From Patescibacteria group bacterium (GTDB lineage Bacteria; Patescibacteriota; Minisyncoccia; Phycocordibacterales; Phycocordibacteraceae): DNA of 64,000 bases. Positions 46,883-56,275 of this stretch are shown piece after piece. The first letter of the stretch is position 1, and the number at the start of each line of letters is the position of its first letter. The DNA is taken from assembly GCA_038064495.1 (NCBI GenBank), contig JBBTSZ010000002.1, forward strand, positions 16,717 through 80,716. Reading direction: 5' to 3'. Position numbers and translations under genes: made by a program. Below the pieces are notes generated by a model, which worked only from the letters and a program-made list of their open reading frames with translations, did no database searches and was not told where the DNA came from.

Positions 46883-48616
46883 ATGTACCCCCTCCACGAC
46901 GCACTTACCGATGAACTTCGTCAAGAACTGAAAGCACACGACGACTTCACAGCAGGATTGCTCGCCCGTCGCGGTATACGAACAGGCGCCGAAGCGGAAA
47001 CATTCCTCTCACCTTCCTACGAGGCGCACATCCATGACCCACTGCTCATCCTCAACCTGGAGAAGGCAGCGAAGCGTGTTGCGAGCGCACTTGATACGAA
47101 CGAGAAAATTGCAGTGTGGAGTGACTACGACTGCGACGGAATACCGGGTGGCGTCATTCTGCATGATTTTCTTAAAAAGGTCGGCGCAAATTTTTGTAAC
47201 TACATTCCGCATCGCCATAACGAAGGCTATGGTGTGAACATTCCAGGAATTGAACAATTGGCACGTGACGGGGTACAGCTCGTCATCACCGTAGATTCCG
47301 GCATCACCGACCTTGAAGCAGTTGCCCGCGCGAAAGAACTCGGCATGGATGTGATTGTGACTGACCACCATCTTCCGGGAGACATCCTACCGGACGCGTT
47401 TGCGGTCATTGATCCGAAACAACATGGTGAAACTTATCCGTTTCGTGAACTCTGCGGAGCAGGACTCGCCTGGAAGCTCGTATGCGCAGTACTCACCGTT
47501 GGTTTTACTGGGAGGGAAGCGATACCCGAAGGATGGGAAAAGTGGCTCCTTGATATGGCAGGGCTCGCAACGATTGCCGACATGGTGCCTCTTACGGGAG
47601 AGAACCGTGTTATCGCAAAGTACGGACTTCTCGTCATGCGCAAGTCTCCACGACTCGGTTTGAATAGACTCTGCAAAGTTGCCCGCGTAGACCAGCGAAA
47701 GATTACCGAGGATGACGTCGCGTTCATGATTGCTCCACGCGTGAACGCGGCGTCACGCATGGGTGACCCACGTGATGCGTTCACACTCCTCACTACTACA
47801 GACGAAACCATTGCCGATACACTCGCCAAGAAACTTGAGGCGGTGAATCGAAGTCGCAGGGCGGCAAGCGGTGCTATTACGCGCGCAGTGCATGAAAAAC
47901 TCGCGCATCGAAAAGAAACAGAAGAAATACCGGAAGTCATTGTACTTGGGGATCCCGATTGGCGACCCGGTCTTCTCGGTCTGGTTGCAAGCGGTATCGC
48001 TGACGAATACGAACGGCCGGTATTCTTGTGGGGACGGGAAGGTTCACAAGTGTTGAAGGGATCGTGCCGTGGAGGCCCGGGCGGCCTACATGTGGTTGAC
48101 CTCATGACGGCAGCGGGAGATGTCCTTTCTGAGTTTGGTGGTCATGCTGCCGCAGGAGGTTTCAGTCTACTTCCCGAAAACGTGTTTCAGCTTGAAGAAA
48201 GATTTATTCAAGCGTTCCACACACTCCCACCACCCGGGGGTGATGACCGCTTCAGTCGTGCAGACGCACATATCACCCCAAGTGAAGCGACTCGCGAACT
48301 TCTTTCGCGACTGACGCGCATGGCACCCTTTGGTATGAGCAATCCAAAACCGACCTTTGTGATGCGCGGGGTGCTACTACAGAAAGTCTCGTGGTTTGGA
48401 AAGTCTGAAGAACATCTGCGCATCACCATTACAAATGCCGTGGACGACTTTGATGAACATGCCATCGAGGCAATCGCATTTTATGCGACCCGGGAACTGG
48501 GCTCATCAGTTAAGTTGCTCACGGCAGGTTCCACAGCAACTATTTTGGCAACACTGGAGCAGGATTTGTTTACGAGGGGACAGCCGGTAAGGCTTCGCCT
48601 TGTCGCGATCACGTAG
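46883..48616 (+). CDS. recJ: single-stranded-DNA-specific exonuclease RecJ
   Basis: DHH (VITDHH) and DHHA1 motifs. Confidence 0.85.
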   Translation: MYPLHDALTDELRQELKAHDDFTAGLLARRGIRTGAEAETFLSPSYEAHIHDPLLILNLEKAAKRVASALDTNEKIAVWSDYDCDGIPGGVILHDFLKKVGANFCNYIPHRHNEGYGVNIPGIEQLARDGVQLVITVDSGITDLEAVARAKELGMDVIVTDHHLPGDILPDAFAVIDPKQHGETYPFRELCGAGLAWKLVCAVLTVGFTGREAIPEGWEKWLLDMAGLATIADMVPLTGENRVIAKYGLLVMRKSPRLGLNRLCKVARVDQRKITEDDVAFMIAPRVNAASRMGDPRDAFTLLTTTDETIADTLAKKLEAVNRSRRAASGAITRAVHEKLAHRKETEEIPEVIVLGDPDWRPGLLGLVASGIADEYERPVFLWGREGSQVLKGSCRGGPGGLHVVDLMTAAGDVLSEFGGHAAAGGFSLLPENVFQLEERFIQAFHTLPPPGGDDRFSRADAHITPSEATRELLSRLTRMAPFGMSNPKPTFVMRGVLLQKVSWFGKSEEHLRITITNAVDDFDEHAIEAIAFYATRELGSSVKLLTAGSTATILATLEQDLFTRGQPVRLRLVAIT

Positions 48617-48632
48617 AGGCCCCTGAAAAGCG

Positions 48633-48750
48633 CCCATCTGGGTTGTTACTCGCTTCGCTCAAAGCTTCACTGTACCAGCGTGTACACCTCAGCTTTTCGC
48701 TCGCTCGTGTCTAGCATCTGAACACTTTTCAGCGACCTCTTACAAGCAAG
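48633..48750 (+). repeat. intergenic repeat family, copy C (diverged; directly upstream of rnhA, ends in GTTATACT 9 nt before ATG)
   Basis: CCCATCTGGGTTGTTACTCGCTTCGCTCAAAGCTTCACTGTACCAGCGTGTACACCTCAGCTTTTCGCTCGCTCGTGTCTAGCATCTGAACACTTTTCAGC. Confidence 0.4.
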
Positions 48751-48764
48751 GTTATACTGCACAC

Positions 48765-49187
48765 ATGCATTTCACACTCTACGCAGACGGAGGAGCGCGC
48801 GGTAACCCAGGGCCAGCGGGTGCAGGCGCCGTTGTGTTTGATTCCCTCGGTAAGCGCGTGGTTGAGGTAGCTGATTACCTCGGTGTTGCAACAAATAACA
48901 TCGCCGAGTACGAAGCGATTCTGCGCGGACTTACCAAGCTCCAAGCGTCGTTTTCACAAGAACACCTCACCACTATGGAACTGACGATTCGTATGGATAG
49001 CAAACTCGTGATTGAACAGTTGAAAGGTAACTACAAAGTGAAGCATCCAAACCTCGTGCCACGGTATCTTGAGGTGAAGAATCTCATTGCACGAAATTTT
49101 ACGAAGGTGCACTTTGAGCACGTTCCACGCGAAAAGAATAAGGACGCTGATGCGCTTGCCAACGAAGCGATGGACAAGGGTCGCTGA
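48765..49187 (+). CDS. rnhA: ribonuclease HI
   Basis: YADGGARGNPGPAG...E...D...H...D RNase H fold motifs. Confidence 0.85.
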   Translation: MHFTLYADGGARGNPGPAGAGAVVFDSLGKRVVEVADYLGVATNNIAEYEAILRGLTKLQASFSQEHLTTMELTIRMDSKLVIEQLKGNYKVKHPNLVPRYLEVKNLIARNFTKVHFEHVPREKNKDADALANEAMDKGR

Positions 49188-49198
49188 CCCTCCGATTC

Positions 49199-50683
49199 AT
49201 GCAGGACCTGCTCGCACTCCTTGCACTCATCAGTTTTGCACTCGGCGTTGCGTGCGCGTCAATAGTTATAGTTCCGCACGTGGGACTGTATTTTTTGCTT
49301 CTTCTTGCCCTCGTCTGCTTTGGGGCGTGGTTCTTTGCGCGAAAAGATTGGTATCTGATTCCTTCCCTCTTTCTCTTATTCCTTGCGTTTGGCATAGGGA
49401 GAGTCATGCTTACTCCACAAGAACTACCGCATACGTTTGAAGAACGAGTCGGAACAAAGGTAACGCTTGTTGGTACGATTGCGAGTGATCCTGATATTCG
49501 CGAGACGACCCAACGGATTACAGTCCGAATACAGGAGGGGAGTGAACACACCAAGGTCCTTGTCGTCACTGACCGATACACAGCGTTTTCCTATGGCGAT
49601 CAGATTTCAGTTGAAGGTATGCTGACGCGACCGAAACCCTTTGAAACTGACGGAGGTCGGGAGTTTGCGTATGACCAGTTTCTCGCAAAGGACGGAATCT
49701 TTTCCATGATTAATTTCGCACGCGTTGAAAAGACGGGCATGACAGACTCACTGCTCATGCGCGGACAGCAACTTCTCTACGAGGGTAAACATCAGTTTGC
49801 TAAAGGACTTGAAGCGAGTCTTTCAGAACCACACGCAAGCCTTGCTGAGGGACTCCTTGCAGGAGGGAAACAAGGTCTCGGCAAATCTCTCCTTGATGCG
49901 TTCACCATAACGGGATTACTTCCCATCATCGTTCTTTCTGGCTACAACGTCATGATTGTCGCCGAAGCTATACTTATCGGCTTCTCGTTTTTGAGAAAGC
50001 GCCATGCGCTCGTCCTCGCAACGCTCACCATTATTTTGTTTATTCTCGCAGCCGGTGGAGGCTCGTCTGCAGTACGGGCAGGACTCATGGCTGGACTCGC
50101 ACTCTTTGCACGCATGACCGGTCGCACCTACGACGCACTGCGAGCCCTCGCTGCCACGTTCGTCATCCTGCTTCTGTACAATCCACTTCTGCTTATCTAC
50201 GATCCTGGATTTCAATTCTCATTTGCGGCAACTCTCGGTCTCATTGTCGCGTCCCCACTGTTTGGAAAAAGACTGCTCCGCATTCGCATGAAAAGTATTC
50301 GTGAAGTGCTTTCGACCACGCTTGCCGCACAACTCTTCGTGCTTCCGCTCCTTTTGTATCAAACGGGGAATCTTTCGCTCGTCGCGATTCCTGCAAACAT
50401 ACTCGTACTTCCGGTTATTCCCTTTGCCATGGCGTTCGCTGCAATCGCCGGCGTGGTCGGAATTCTCGTTCCACTAGCAGCTCCTTTCTTTGGACTACCA
50501 GCGTACGCACTCCTTTCATATGTCATCGGTGTTGCCGAGAGCGCCTCTCATATTCCATTTGCGCACGTCATCATCCCGCTCTTTTCTGCAGTTTTCCTGC
50601 TGGTCGCCTACAGCTTGATTGCTGTGCTCGTTGTTCGGTTACAAAAAAGCGCAGCCTCTACGGCTGCGCTCCCTACACCGTAA
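49199..50683 (+). CDS. comEC: ComEC/Rec2-family competence channel protein (OB/DUF4131 + polytopic competence domain, no beta-lactamase domain)
   Basis: N-terminal TMs, OB-like VTLVGTIASDPDIRETTQRITVRI, then ~8 TM helices. Confidence 0.75.
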   Translation: MQDLLALLALISFALGVACASIVIVPHVGLYFLLLLALVCFGAWFFARKDWYLIPSLFLLFLAFGIGRVMLTPQELPHTFEERVGTKVTLVGTIASDPDIRETTQRITVRIQEGSEHTKVLVVTDRYTAFSYGDQISVEGMLTRPKPFETDGGREFAYDQFLAKDGIFSMINFARVEKTGMTDSLLMRGQQLLYEGKHQFAKGLEASLSEPHASLAEGLLAGGKQGLGKSLLDAFTITGLLPIIVLSGYNVMIVAEAILIGFSFLRKRHALVLATLTIILFILAAGGGSSAVRAGLMAGLALFARMTGRTYDALRALAATFVILLLYNPLLLIYDPGFQFSFAATLGLIVASPLFGKRLLRIRMKSIREVLSTTLAAQLFVLPLLLYQTGNLSLVAIPANILVLPVIPFAMAFAAIAGVVGILVPLAAPFFGLPAYALLSYVIGVAESASHIPFAHVIIPLFSAVFLLVAYSLIAVLVVRLQKSAASTAALPTP

Positions 50684-50691
50684 GCGCGCTC

Positions 50692-51288
50692 CTACGAGAT
50701 TGCTTTTGTGTAGCGATTTTCAACTACAGACCAGTTTACATTTGAGAGAAATGCATCAACGTAGGTCATTTTTTCTGCTGGCACATAGTCCACCATGTAG
50801 GCGTGTTCCCACAAATCAACCGCAAGCAGAATAGGAAGTCCTGATAGTTGCCCAAGCTCGTGGTCGTTCACAAAAGCAGTGTGAAGGGTGCTTGCTGAAG
50901 GGTCACTGTAGACCACTACCCAGCCGATGCCGCGAGTGCCGGCAACCTCCTTACTATGTGCGAGAAAACCATCCCAGCTTCCATACTTCTCGTTCACGGC
51001 AGTTTGGAATGCATGGGTCGCTGTCGGCGGAGTATTGCCGCCCTCAAGCTGCTCAAAGTAGTACTCATGCATGCGCATACCATCAAACTCAAAGCCCAGA
51101 CGACGTCTGAGTTCGTTAATGGCGTACGCATTTCCCTCAGCATCCATTTCTTTATACGAAGCAATTTTCTCCATAATCAGATTTACGTGCTTTACGTAGC
51201 CAGCATACAAAGCCAAATGAACTTCAATTTGCTTTGGTGAGAGTCCTTTGAGTTCAGGGAAGGTAAAGGTTCGCGTTGCGTAGATCAT
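50692..51288 (-). CDS. sodA: Fe/Mn superoxide dismutase
   Basis: DxWEHAYY-type motif DLWEHAYM, His ligands. Confidence 0.85.
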   Translation of the reverse strand: MIYATRTFTFPELKGLSPKQIEVHLALYAGYVKHVNLIMEKIASYKEMDAEGNAYAINELRRRLGFEFDGMRMHEYYFEQLEGGNTPPTATHAFQTAVNEKYGSWDGFLAHSKEVAGTRGIGWVVVYSDPSASTLHTAFVNDHELGQLSGLPILLAVDLWEHAYMVDYVPAEKMTYVDAFLSNVNWSVVENRYTKAIS

Positions 51289-51384
51289 ATAGAGATATCG
51301 TTATGTCACTACTATACTCCTTTTCGATAGAGGTTGTCGGACAAGCAAAAGAGGAGTATGAAAAGAGAGGAAAGGAGACGTGTC

Positions 51385-51861
51385 ATGAAGTTAGCCACGT
51401 TAGTTCTTATTCGAACAAACAACGCGGTCCTACTTGGTAGGAAAAAGACCGGAGAAGTAGGGCGCGGACTCTTGAATGCGCCGGGTGGAAAACAGGAACC
51501 TGGTGAAACTCTCCGGGCATGTGCCGCTCGTGAGGTGAAAGAGGAGACAGGTCTCACCATTTCTTCCGCCCTCTTGAACGAAGCAGCAATACTTACCTGC
51601 TACACGAAGGACATTCCTGATTTCAGGGTCTATGTATACATGACGTTTGCGTATCGTGGTGAGCCAATTGAGACTTCGTCCATGGAACCTGCCTGGTATT
51701 CAACCCTGGCACTTCCCGTAGACGAGATGCATGAAGCCGACCGACACTGGTTCGTTCGTGCGTTGTCCGGTAAACGCTTTAATGCTCACATCATGTACAA
51801 CGAACGAGGGAGCGGGTTCCGCAAAATCAAATTTGCTGCGTTTACTCCGTTTCCTCAATGA
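51385..51861 (+). CDS. NUDIX hydrolase
   Basis: Nudix box GGKQEPGETLRACAAREVKEETGL; SD AAAGGAG 7 nt upstream of ATG 51385. Confidence 0.8.
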   Translation: MKLATLVLIRTNNAVLLGRKKTGEVGRGLLNAPGGKQEPGETLRACAAREVKEETGLTISSALLNEAAILTCYTKDIPDFRVYVYMTFAYRGEPIETSSMEPAWYSTLALPVDEMHEADRHWFVRALSGKRFNAHIMYNERGSGFRKIKFAAFTPFPQ

Positions 51862-51900
51862 GCTTCGCTTCGGCGGAGCTCATTTGCGTATACTGAAGGC

Positions 51901-52776
51901 ATGAGCGAGAGGAACGGAAGAGAAGGATTGTACTGGCTGTTTCTTATCGTGTTAGTTGTCTGTAACGTGTACGTATTTTTGGTCCTCTACACGCCTCCTA
52001 CGCATACTCTCCGGGTTTCATTTTTGGATGTGGGCCAAGGCGACTCTATTTTGATACAGGGACCAACCGGCATACAAATGCTCGTGGATGGGGGTCCGGA
52101 CCGCTCCGTACTGCGCGAGCTTTCGCACGAACTCCCACCGTGGGATAGGACTATCGATGTACTTGTGGAAACGCATCCTGACAAAGATCATATTGCTGGG
52201 CTGGGTGATGTGCTTGAGCGTTACCGCGTGAAGTACTTTCTCGAGTCGGGGATTCCAGACCGAACCAGTGTATCGCTTCATGTGAAGGACGACGTCACAA
52301 AAGAAAAAGGAATACAGCACATAACGGTAAAGCGAGGTATGCGCCTCAACCTTGGTGGGGGAGCCTACGCATATGTGCTCTTTCCGGACCGTGATGAATC
52401 CACTCAAACAGAAACCAACGACGGCTCAATCGTACTCCACGTGGTGTATGGAGCCACTTCATTCCTACTTACTGGAGATTTACCGAGCACGTACGAGGAC
52501 TACCTGGTAGGACTCGATAGCCACGACGGGAATCTCACCAGTACGGTACTCAAGGCAGGTCATCACGGCTCAAAATATTCAACCGATAGTCTGTGGCTCG
52601 CTGCGGTCACCCCAAGCTACGTAGTCATTTCCGCAGGGAAAGATAATTCGTATGGGCATCCTGCACCGGAGACGCTCGCGCGAATTACCGATTACGGGAA
52701 AGCACAAATACTTTCAACGATTGATGTGGGCCGGATTGATTTTACGAGTAACGGCACAACGCTTATCTACAAGTAA
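51901..52776 (+). CDS. membrane-anchored metallo-beta-lactamase-fold protein, ComEC C-terminal-domain-like (stand-alone)
   Basis: N-terminal TM; LDVGQGDSILIQ...DGG...HPDKDHIAG motifs match ComEC beta-lactamase-like domain. Confidence 0.7.
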   Translation: MSERNGREGLYWLFLIVLVVCNVYVFLVLYTPPTHTLRVSFLDVGQGDSILIQGPTGIQMLVDGGPDRSVLRELSHELPPWDRTIDVLVETHPDKDHIAGLGDVLERYRVKYFLESGIPDRTSVSLHVKDDVTKEKGIQHITVKRGMRLNLGGGAYAYVLFPDRDESTQTETNDGSIVLHVVYGATSFLLTGDLPSTYEDYLVGLDSHDGNLTSTVLKAGHHGSKYSTDSLWLAAVTPSYVVISAGKDNSYGHPAPETLARITDYGKAQILSTIDVGRIDFTSNGTTLIYK

Positions 52777-52842
52777 TTGACAGAGCGAGGCTTTGTTGTG
52801 TATTATTACAGGCGATTCGGTCTTTGGATAAGAGGAAATAGC

Positions 52843-53124
52843 ATGAAGATACATGGCTTTGGACGGGTGCAGCCGGTAGCTCCGGTAGTGGCACCAGTGC
52901 GTCGGATATATGCAGGAGCTCCCGTTCGTCTGGCAAAAGAATATATTCTTGAGCGGCGGGACAGTCGGCGCGAGACGTTCCATGCACCACATGACGAGGG
53001 GGCAATAAAGACGGGGAAGCGAATTCTCGGGGTAGCCCAGAACGCCTCACCGGCAGCATTCCGTGCTGCCGGTGGAAAGTACATTCGTCTTTCCGACGAT
53101 ACGATCTTGTATCCAGCACACTAG
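52843..53124 (+). CDS. small hypothetical protein (93 aa)
   Basis: SD AAGAGGAAA before ATG; followed by terminator; competing antisense ORF rejected. Confidence 0.45.
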   Translation: MKIHGFGRVQPVAPVVAPVRRIYAGAPVRLAKEYILERRDSRRETFHAPHDEGAIKTGKRILGVAQNASPAAFRAAGGKYIRLSDDTILYPAH

Positions 53125-53127
53125 AAA

Positions 53128-53187
53128 AAGGGCCGGCGGATGCGCCGGCCCTCAAACAAAAACGGCCCCGAGGGGCCGTTTTCTTTT
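53128..53187. terminator. tandem hairpins forming bidirectional terminator
   Basis: GGGCCGGCGGATGCGCCGGCCC and AACGGCCCCGAGGGGCCGTTTTCTTTT. Confidence 0.65.
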
Positions 53188-53189
53188 CG

Positions 53190-53432
53190 CTAGATGATGC
53201 CGGCTTTCTTCAAAGTCGCGTGCGCCCCATTTTTCTTCAGGGTGCGCATACCAGCGGTGGAGACATCAATAAGGACGGTCGTACCGAGTTCAGCCACAAA
53301 AATACGCCGCTTCTGTAGATTGGCCTTCCGGCGGACTTTGCCCGTTGGGTTGAACTGCGTTGCACGGGTACGGTTAGAGTACCGCCCACCGATTTGGGTC
53401 GTCTTTCCAGTGATTGCGCATTCGCGAGCCAT
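53190..53432 (-). CDS. rpmB: 50S ribosomal protein L28
   Basis: MARECAITGKTTQIGGRYSNRTRATQ... Confidence 0.85.
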   Translation of the reverse strand: MARECAITGKTTQIGGRYSNRTRATQFNPTGKVRRKANLQKRRIFVAELGTTVLIDVSTAGMRTLKKNGAHATLKKAGII

Positions 53433-53465
53433 AGTGGGGCCATGCTAGCATGAGGCAGTCAGCTT

Positions 53466-54107
53466 ATGCAACCCGATACCGCTCTCCAGATTCTCTATTT
53501 CGTTGTGCTCATTATTTCCATCATCATTCATGAGGTGGCTCATGGATATGCCGCAAACTCGCTTGGAGACCCAACGGCCAAACTCCTTGGACGGTTAACA
53601 TTGAATCCGCTTCCGCATATTGATCCTATTGGCTCCATCATTGTGCCCTTGCTGTGTGTTATTTCTCCCGGGCACTTCTTTTTTGGCTGGGCAAAGCCGG
53701 TTCCGTACAACCCTCACAATTTACGTAATAAGCGGTGGGGTGAGGCAATTGTTGGTATTGCTGGCGTTGCCACGAACCTCATTATTGCGGTAGCGTTCGG
53801 ACTCCTTGCGCGCTATGCGTACGCTTCAGGCATGGACACCTTTGGACAGGCAGCAAGCGTGATTGCACTCGTGAATCTATTCCTCGGCATGTTTAACTTG
53901 ATTCCGATTCCACCCCTGGACGGGTTTACCGTACTGCGCGGCATATTGCCGTATCGCTATGCAATCGCCTTCCGTTCGTTTGAAGAGAAACTCCAGCAAG
54001 GAGGCCTCCTCATGCTCATTGGCTTTTTGTTCCTGTTCAGCTACGTCTTTGCCGGACCCTTCTCGCTGTTTGTTGAGTACCTCTTCCGGATTCTTATTGG
54101 TGTGTAA
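53466..54107 (+). CDS. site-2 protease (M50) family membrane metalloprotease
   Basis: HEVAHG (HExxH) within TM helix, second motif region NLFLGMFNLIPIPPLDG. Confidence 0.75.
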   Translation: MQPDTALQILYFVVLIISIIIHEVAHGYAANSLGDPTAKLLGRLTLNPLPHIDPIGSIIVPLLCVISPGHFFFGWAKPVPYNPHNLRNKRWGEAIVGIAGVATNLIIAVAFGLLARYAYASGMDTFGQAASVIALVNLFLGMFNLIPIPPLDGFTVLRGILPYRYAIAFRSFEEKLQQGGLLMLIGFLFLFSYVFAGPFSLFVEYLFRILIGV

Positions 54108-54114
54108 TGAAAAT

Positions 54115-54759
54115 ATGAAAGTAACAAAGTATGGGCACGCCTGTGTATTGATTGAGCAGGGTACTGTTCGAATACTTATTGACCCAGGAATGTGGAGCTC
54201 AGTCCCTGCCCTTACAGAACTCGACGTAGTTCTGATTACGCACGAACATTTTGATCATATTGATATCGAGACCATTGAAACTCTTGTCGAACAAAACCCA
54301 AATGTAGTCATCTTTACCAATGACCAGGTAGGGAAAATCCTGAAAGAAAAGAAGCTCTCGTATACTCGATTACAAGACGGCGACACTACTGAGGTACAAG
54401 GTATCGTAGTACAGGGCATTGGTACCAAACACGATATTGTGTATGGTCCCTCATCTCCTTGTGAAAATACTGGCTACCTCATTAACAACGAATTCTTTTT
54501 TCCAGGCGACGCACTCTCAGTTGTTCCAACCACACAAGTCCGCGTTCTAGCACTACCGACAGGGGGGCCTTGGATGAAGTTCTCTGAAGCAATCGACTAT
54601 GCGAAGAAACTCAAACCAGCCCTTGTCTTTCCCGTCCACGATGCCCTTTACACGGAAGAAGTGCGACGAGGACTCGTCCCAAGAGTTATCGGTACGCATT
54701 TGGAGTCAGCAGGGATTGTTTTCAAAGACTTGAAAGATACTGAGACAATAGAGGTATGA
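54115..54759 (+). CDS. MBL-fold metallo-hydrolase
   Basis: HxHxDH motif ITHEHFDHID; start at MKVTKYGHAC. Confidence 0.7.
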   Translation: MKVTKYGHACVLIEQGTVRILIDPGMWSSVPALTELDVVLITHEHFDHIDIETIETLVEQNPNVVIFTNDQVGKILKEKKLSYTRLQDGDTTEVQGIVVQGIGTKHDIVYGPSSPCENTGYLINNEFFFPGDALSVVPTTQVRVLALPTGGPWMKFSEAIDYAKKLKPALVFPVHDALYTEEVRRGLVPRVIGTHLESAGIVFKDLKDTETIEV

Positions 54760-55322
54760 GAGAAGTGGAAGTAAAGGCGCATCTACGAAACAAAGAAGAG
54801 CTTCTAGGAAAGCTCACGGAGTCTGGGGCTGTGTTTGCAAAGTCCGTCACCCAGAACGATACGGTCTTTGTTCGAGACGCCTCCACAATGGAGAAGTTTC
54901 TCGGTAATGATTGCTTTCTTCGTATACGAGAAACACCAGAAAGCATTATCTTCACACTGAAATACCACCCGAACCGGACAGGAAATGGCAACGCGCTTGC
55001 CATGCCGCTTGAGCATGAACTAACCGTAAGTAACAAGAAAGAACTTGAGGAAATGCTTCGTCTCATGGGCTTTGTGCCGGCACTTGTCATCAACAAGACA
55101 CGAGAGAGTTGTCACGTGGGAGATTTTGAAATCTGTGTTGATGAAGTGGAAGACCTAGGCTCATTTATTGAGGTGGAGCGACTCACTGAACATGAAGAAG
55201 AGGTTGAGCCTGTTATTAAGGACATGAAAGAATTTCTATGCTCACTCGGAGTTGCAGAAAGCGACATGGGTGTAAAACGGTACGATATTCAACTTCTTGA
55301 GAAACAATTCGGTACGAACTAA
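54756..55322 (+). CDS. CYTH-domain protein (class IV adenylyl cyclase / triphosphatase fold)
   Basis: N-terminal EVEVKAHL...EFLRIRE pattern; 4-nt overlap with upstream gene. Confidence 0.65.
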   Translation: MREVEVKAHLRNKEELLGKLTESGAVFAKSVTQNDTVFVRDASTMEKFLGNDCFLRIRETPESIIFTLKYHPNRTGNGNALAMPLEHELTVSNKKELEEMLRLMGFVPALVINKTRESCHVGDFEICVDEVEDLGSFIEVERLTEHEEEVEPVIKDMKEFLCSLGVAESDMGVKRYDIQLLEKQFGTN

Positions 55323-55390
55323 GTGCAGTTTTTAGAAAGAGGAGTACTATTGCCGACGGACCAGATTTCAAAAAAGGGGGAGAGAATAGG

Positions 55391-55738
55391 ATGCAGTACC
55401 TCAGTAAGTTGCTCGTGCTCGTTGTTGCACTTGAGCCCTATGCACTCGCTCGTGGAGAGCCGGCAATATATCCGACCATGTCTGAAACGTCTGAATTGAA
55501 GACATTCCGCTTGAAGCCACGCGCTCCTCGTTCCGAGATGCCCGATACACGCGAGGCAGACGTCTCCGTTCCAACACCACGATTGAGTCGGGACCTGAAG
55601 AGTAAGGGTACAAAAGTGGTGGTTCTCTGGTACGACGAGTCAGAATGGGCTGACCCAGAGCACCCCTCCACGCTTTCAGCTGGAAGTGGCAAAGGCGGAC
55701 TCCGCTTACGTCTCACGATTCCGCTTGAAGATAAATAG
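55391..55738 (+). CDS. small secreted hypothetical protein
   Basis: Signal peptide [20 protein letters not shown]. Confidence 0.5.
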   Translation: MQYLSKLLVLVVALEPYALARGEPAIYPTMSETSELKTFRLKPRAPRSEMPDTREADVSVPTPRLSRDLKSKGTKVVVLWYDESEWADPEHPSTLSAGSGKGGLRLRLTIPLEDK

Positions 55739-55752
55739 GCCAAAAAGCCAAG

Positions 55753-55782
55753 AAGGCCCGGAGCATGCTCCGGGCCTTTCAT
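55753..55782 (+). terminator. intrinsic terminator
   Basis: AAGGCCCGGAGCATGCTCCGGGCCTTTCAT. Confidence 0.55.
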
Positions 55783-55856
55783 GTAGGCCCTGGTTGCTTT
55801 TCTTAAGGCATTCCTCTATAGTGAGCCAATCCCGCGGTGCGGGTTTTCATTTACGA

Positions 55857-56267
55857 ATGGCAACAATTCAACAGCTTACAAAAAAGGCACGCAGCAATAA
55901 AACTCGAAAGAGTAAGGTTGTGGCTCTTGGTCGTGGCTTCAATGCGCTTAAAAACCGTCCGGAATACTATCCGGCTCCCTTTAAGCGCGGTGTGTGTGTC
56001 AAAGTAACCACGAAAACCCCCCGCAAACCAAACTCCGCTATTCGTAAGATTGCTCGTGTACGCCTCACGAACGGTATGGAAGTAACGGCCTACATTCCCG
56101 GAGAGGGACACAACCTCCAGGAGCACTCCGTGGTTCTTCTTCGCGGTGGTCGCGTGAAGGATATTGGTGTGCAATACACCGTAGTGCGCGGAAAGCTTGA
56201 TACTGCTGGTATTGATAAGCGCCGTCGCGGTCGCTCTAAGTACGGTGCGAAAAAGCCTAAAGCGTAG
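55857..56267 (+). CDS. rpsL: 30S ribosomal protein S12
   Basis: ...[19 protein letters not shown]...GGRVKD...; start at [10 protein letters not shown]. Confidence 0.9.
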   Translation: MATIQQLTKKARSNKTRKSKVVALGRGFNALKNRPEYYPAPFKRGVCVKVTTKTPRKPNSAIRKIARVRLTNGMEVTAYIPGEGHNLQEHSVVLLRGGRVKDIGVQYTVVRGKLDTAGIDKRRRGRSKYGAKKPKA

Positions 56268-56275
56268 TTTTTGAT

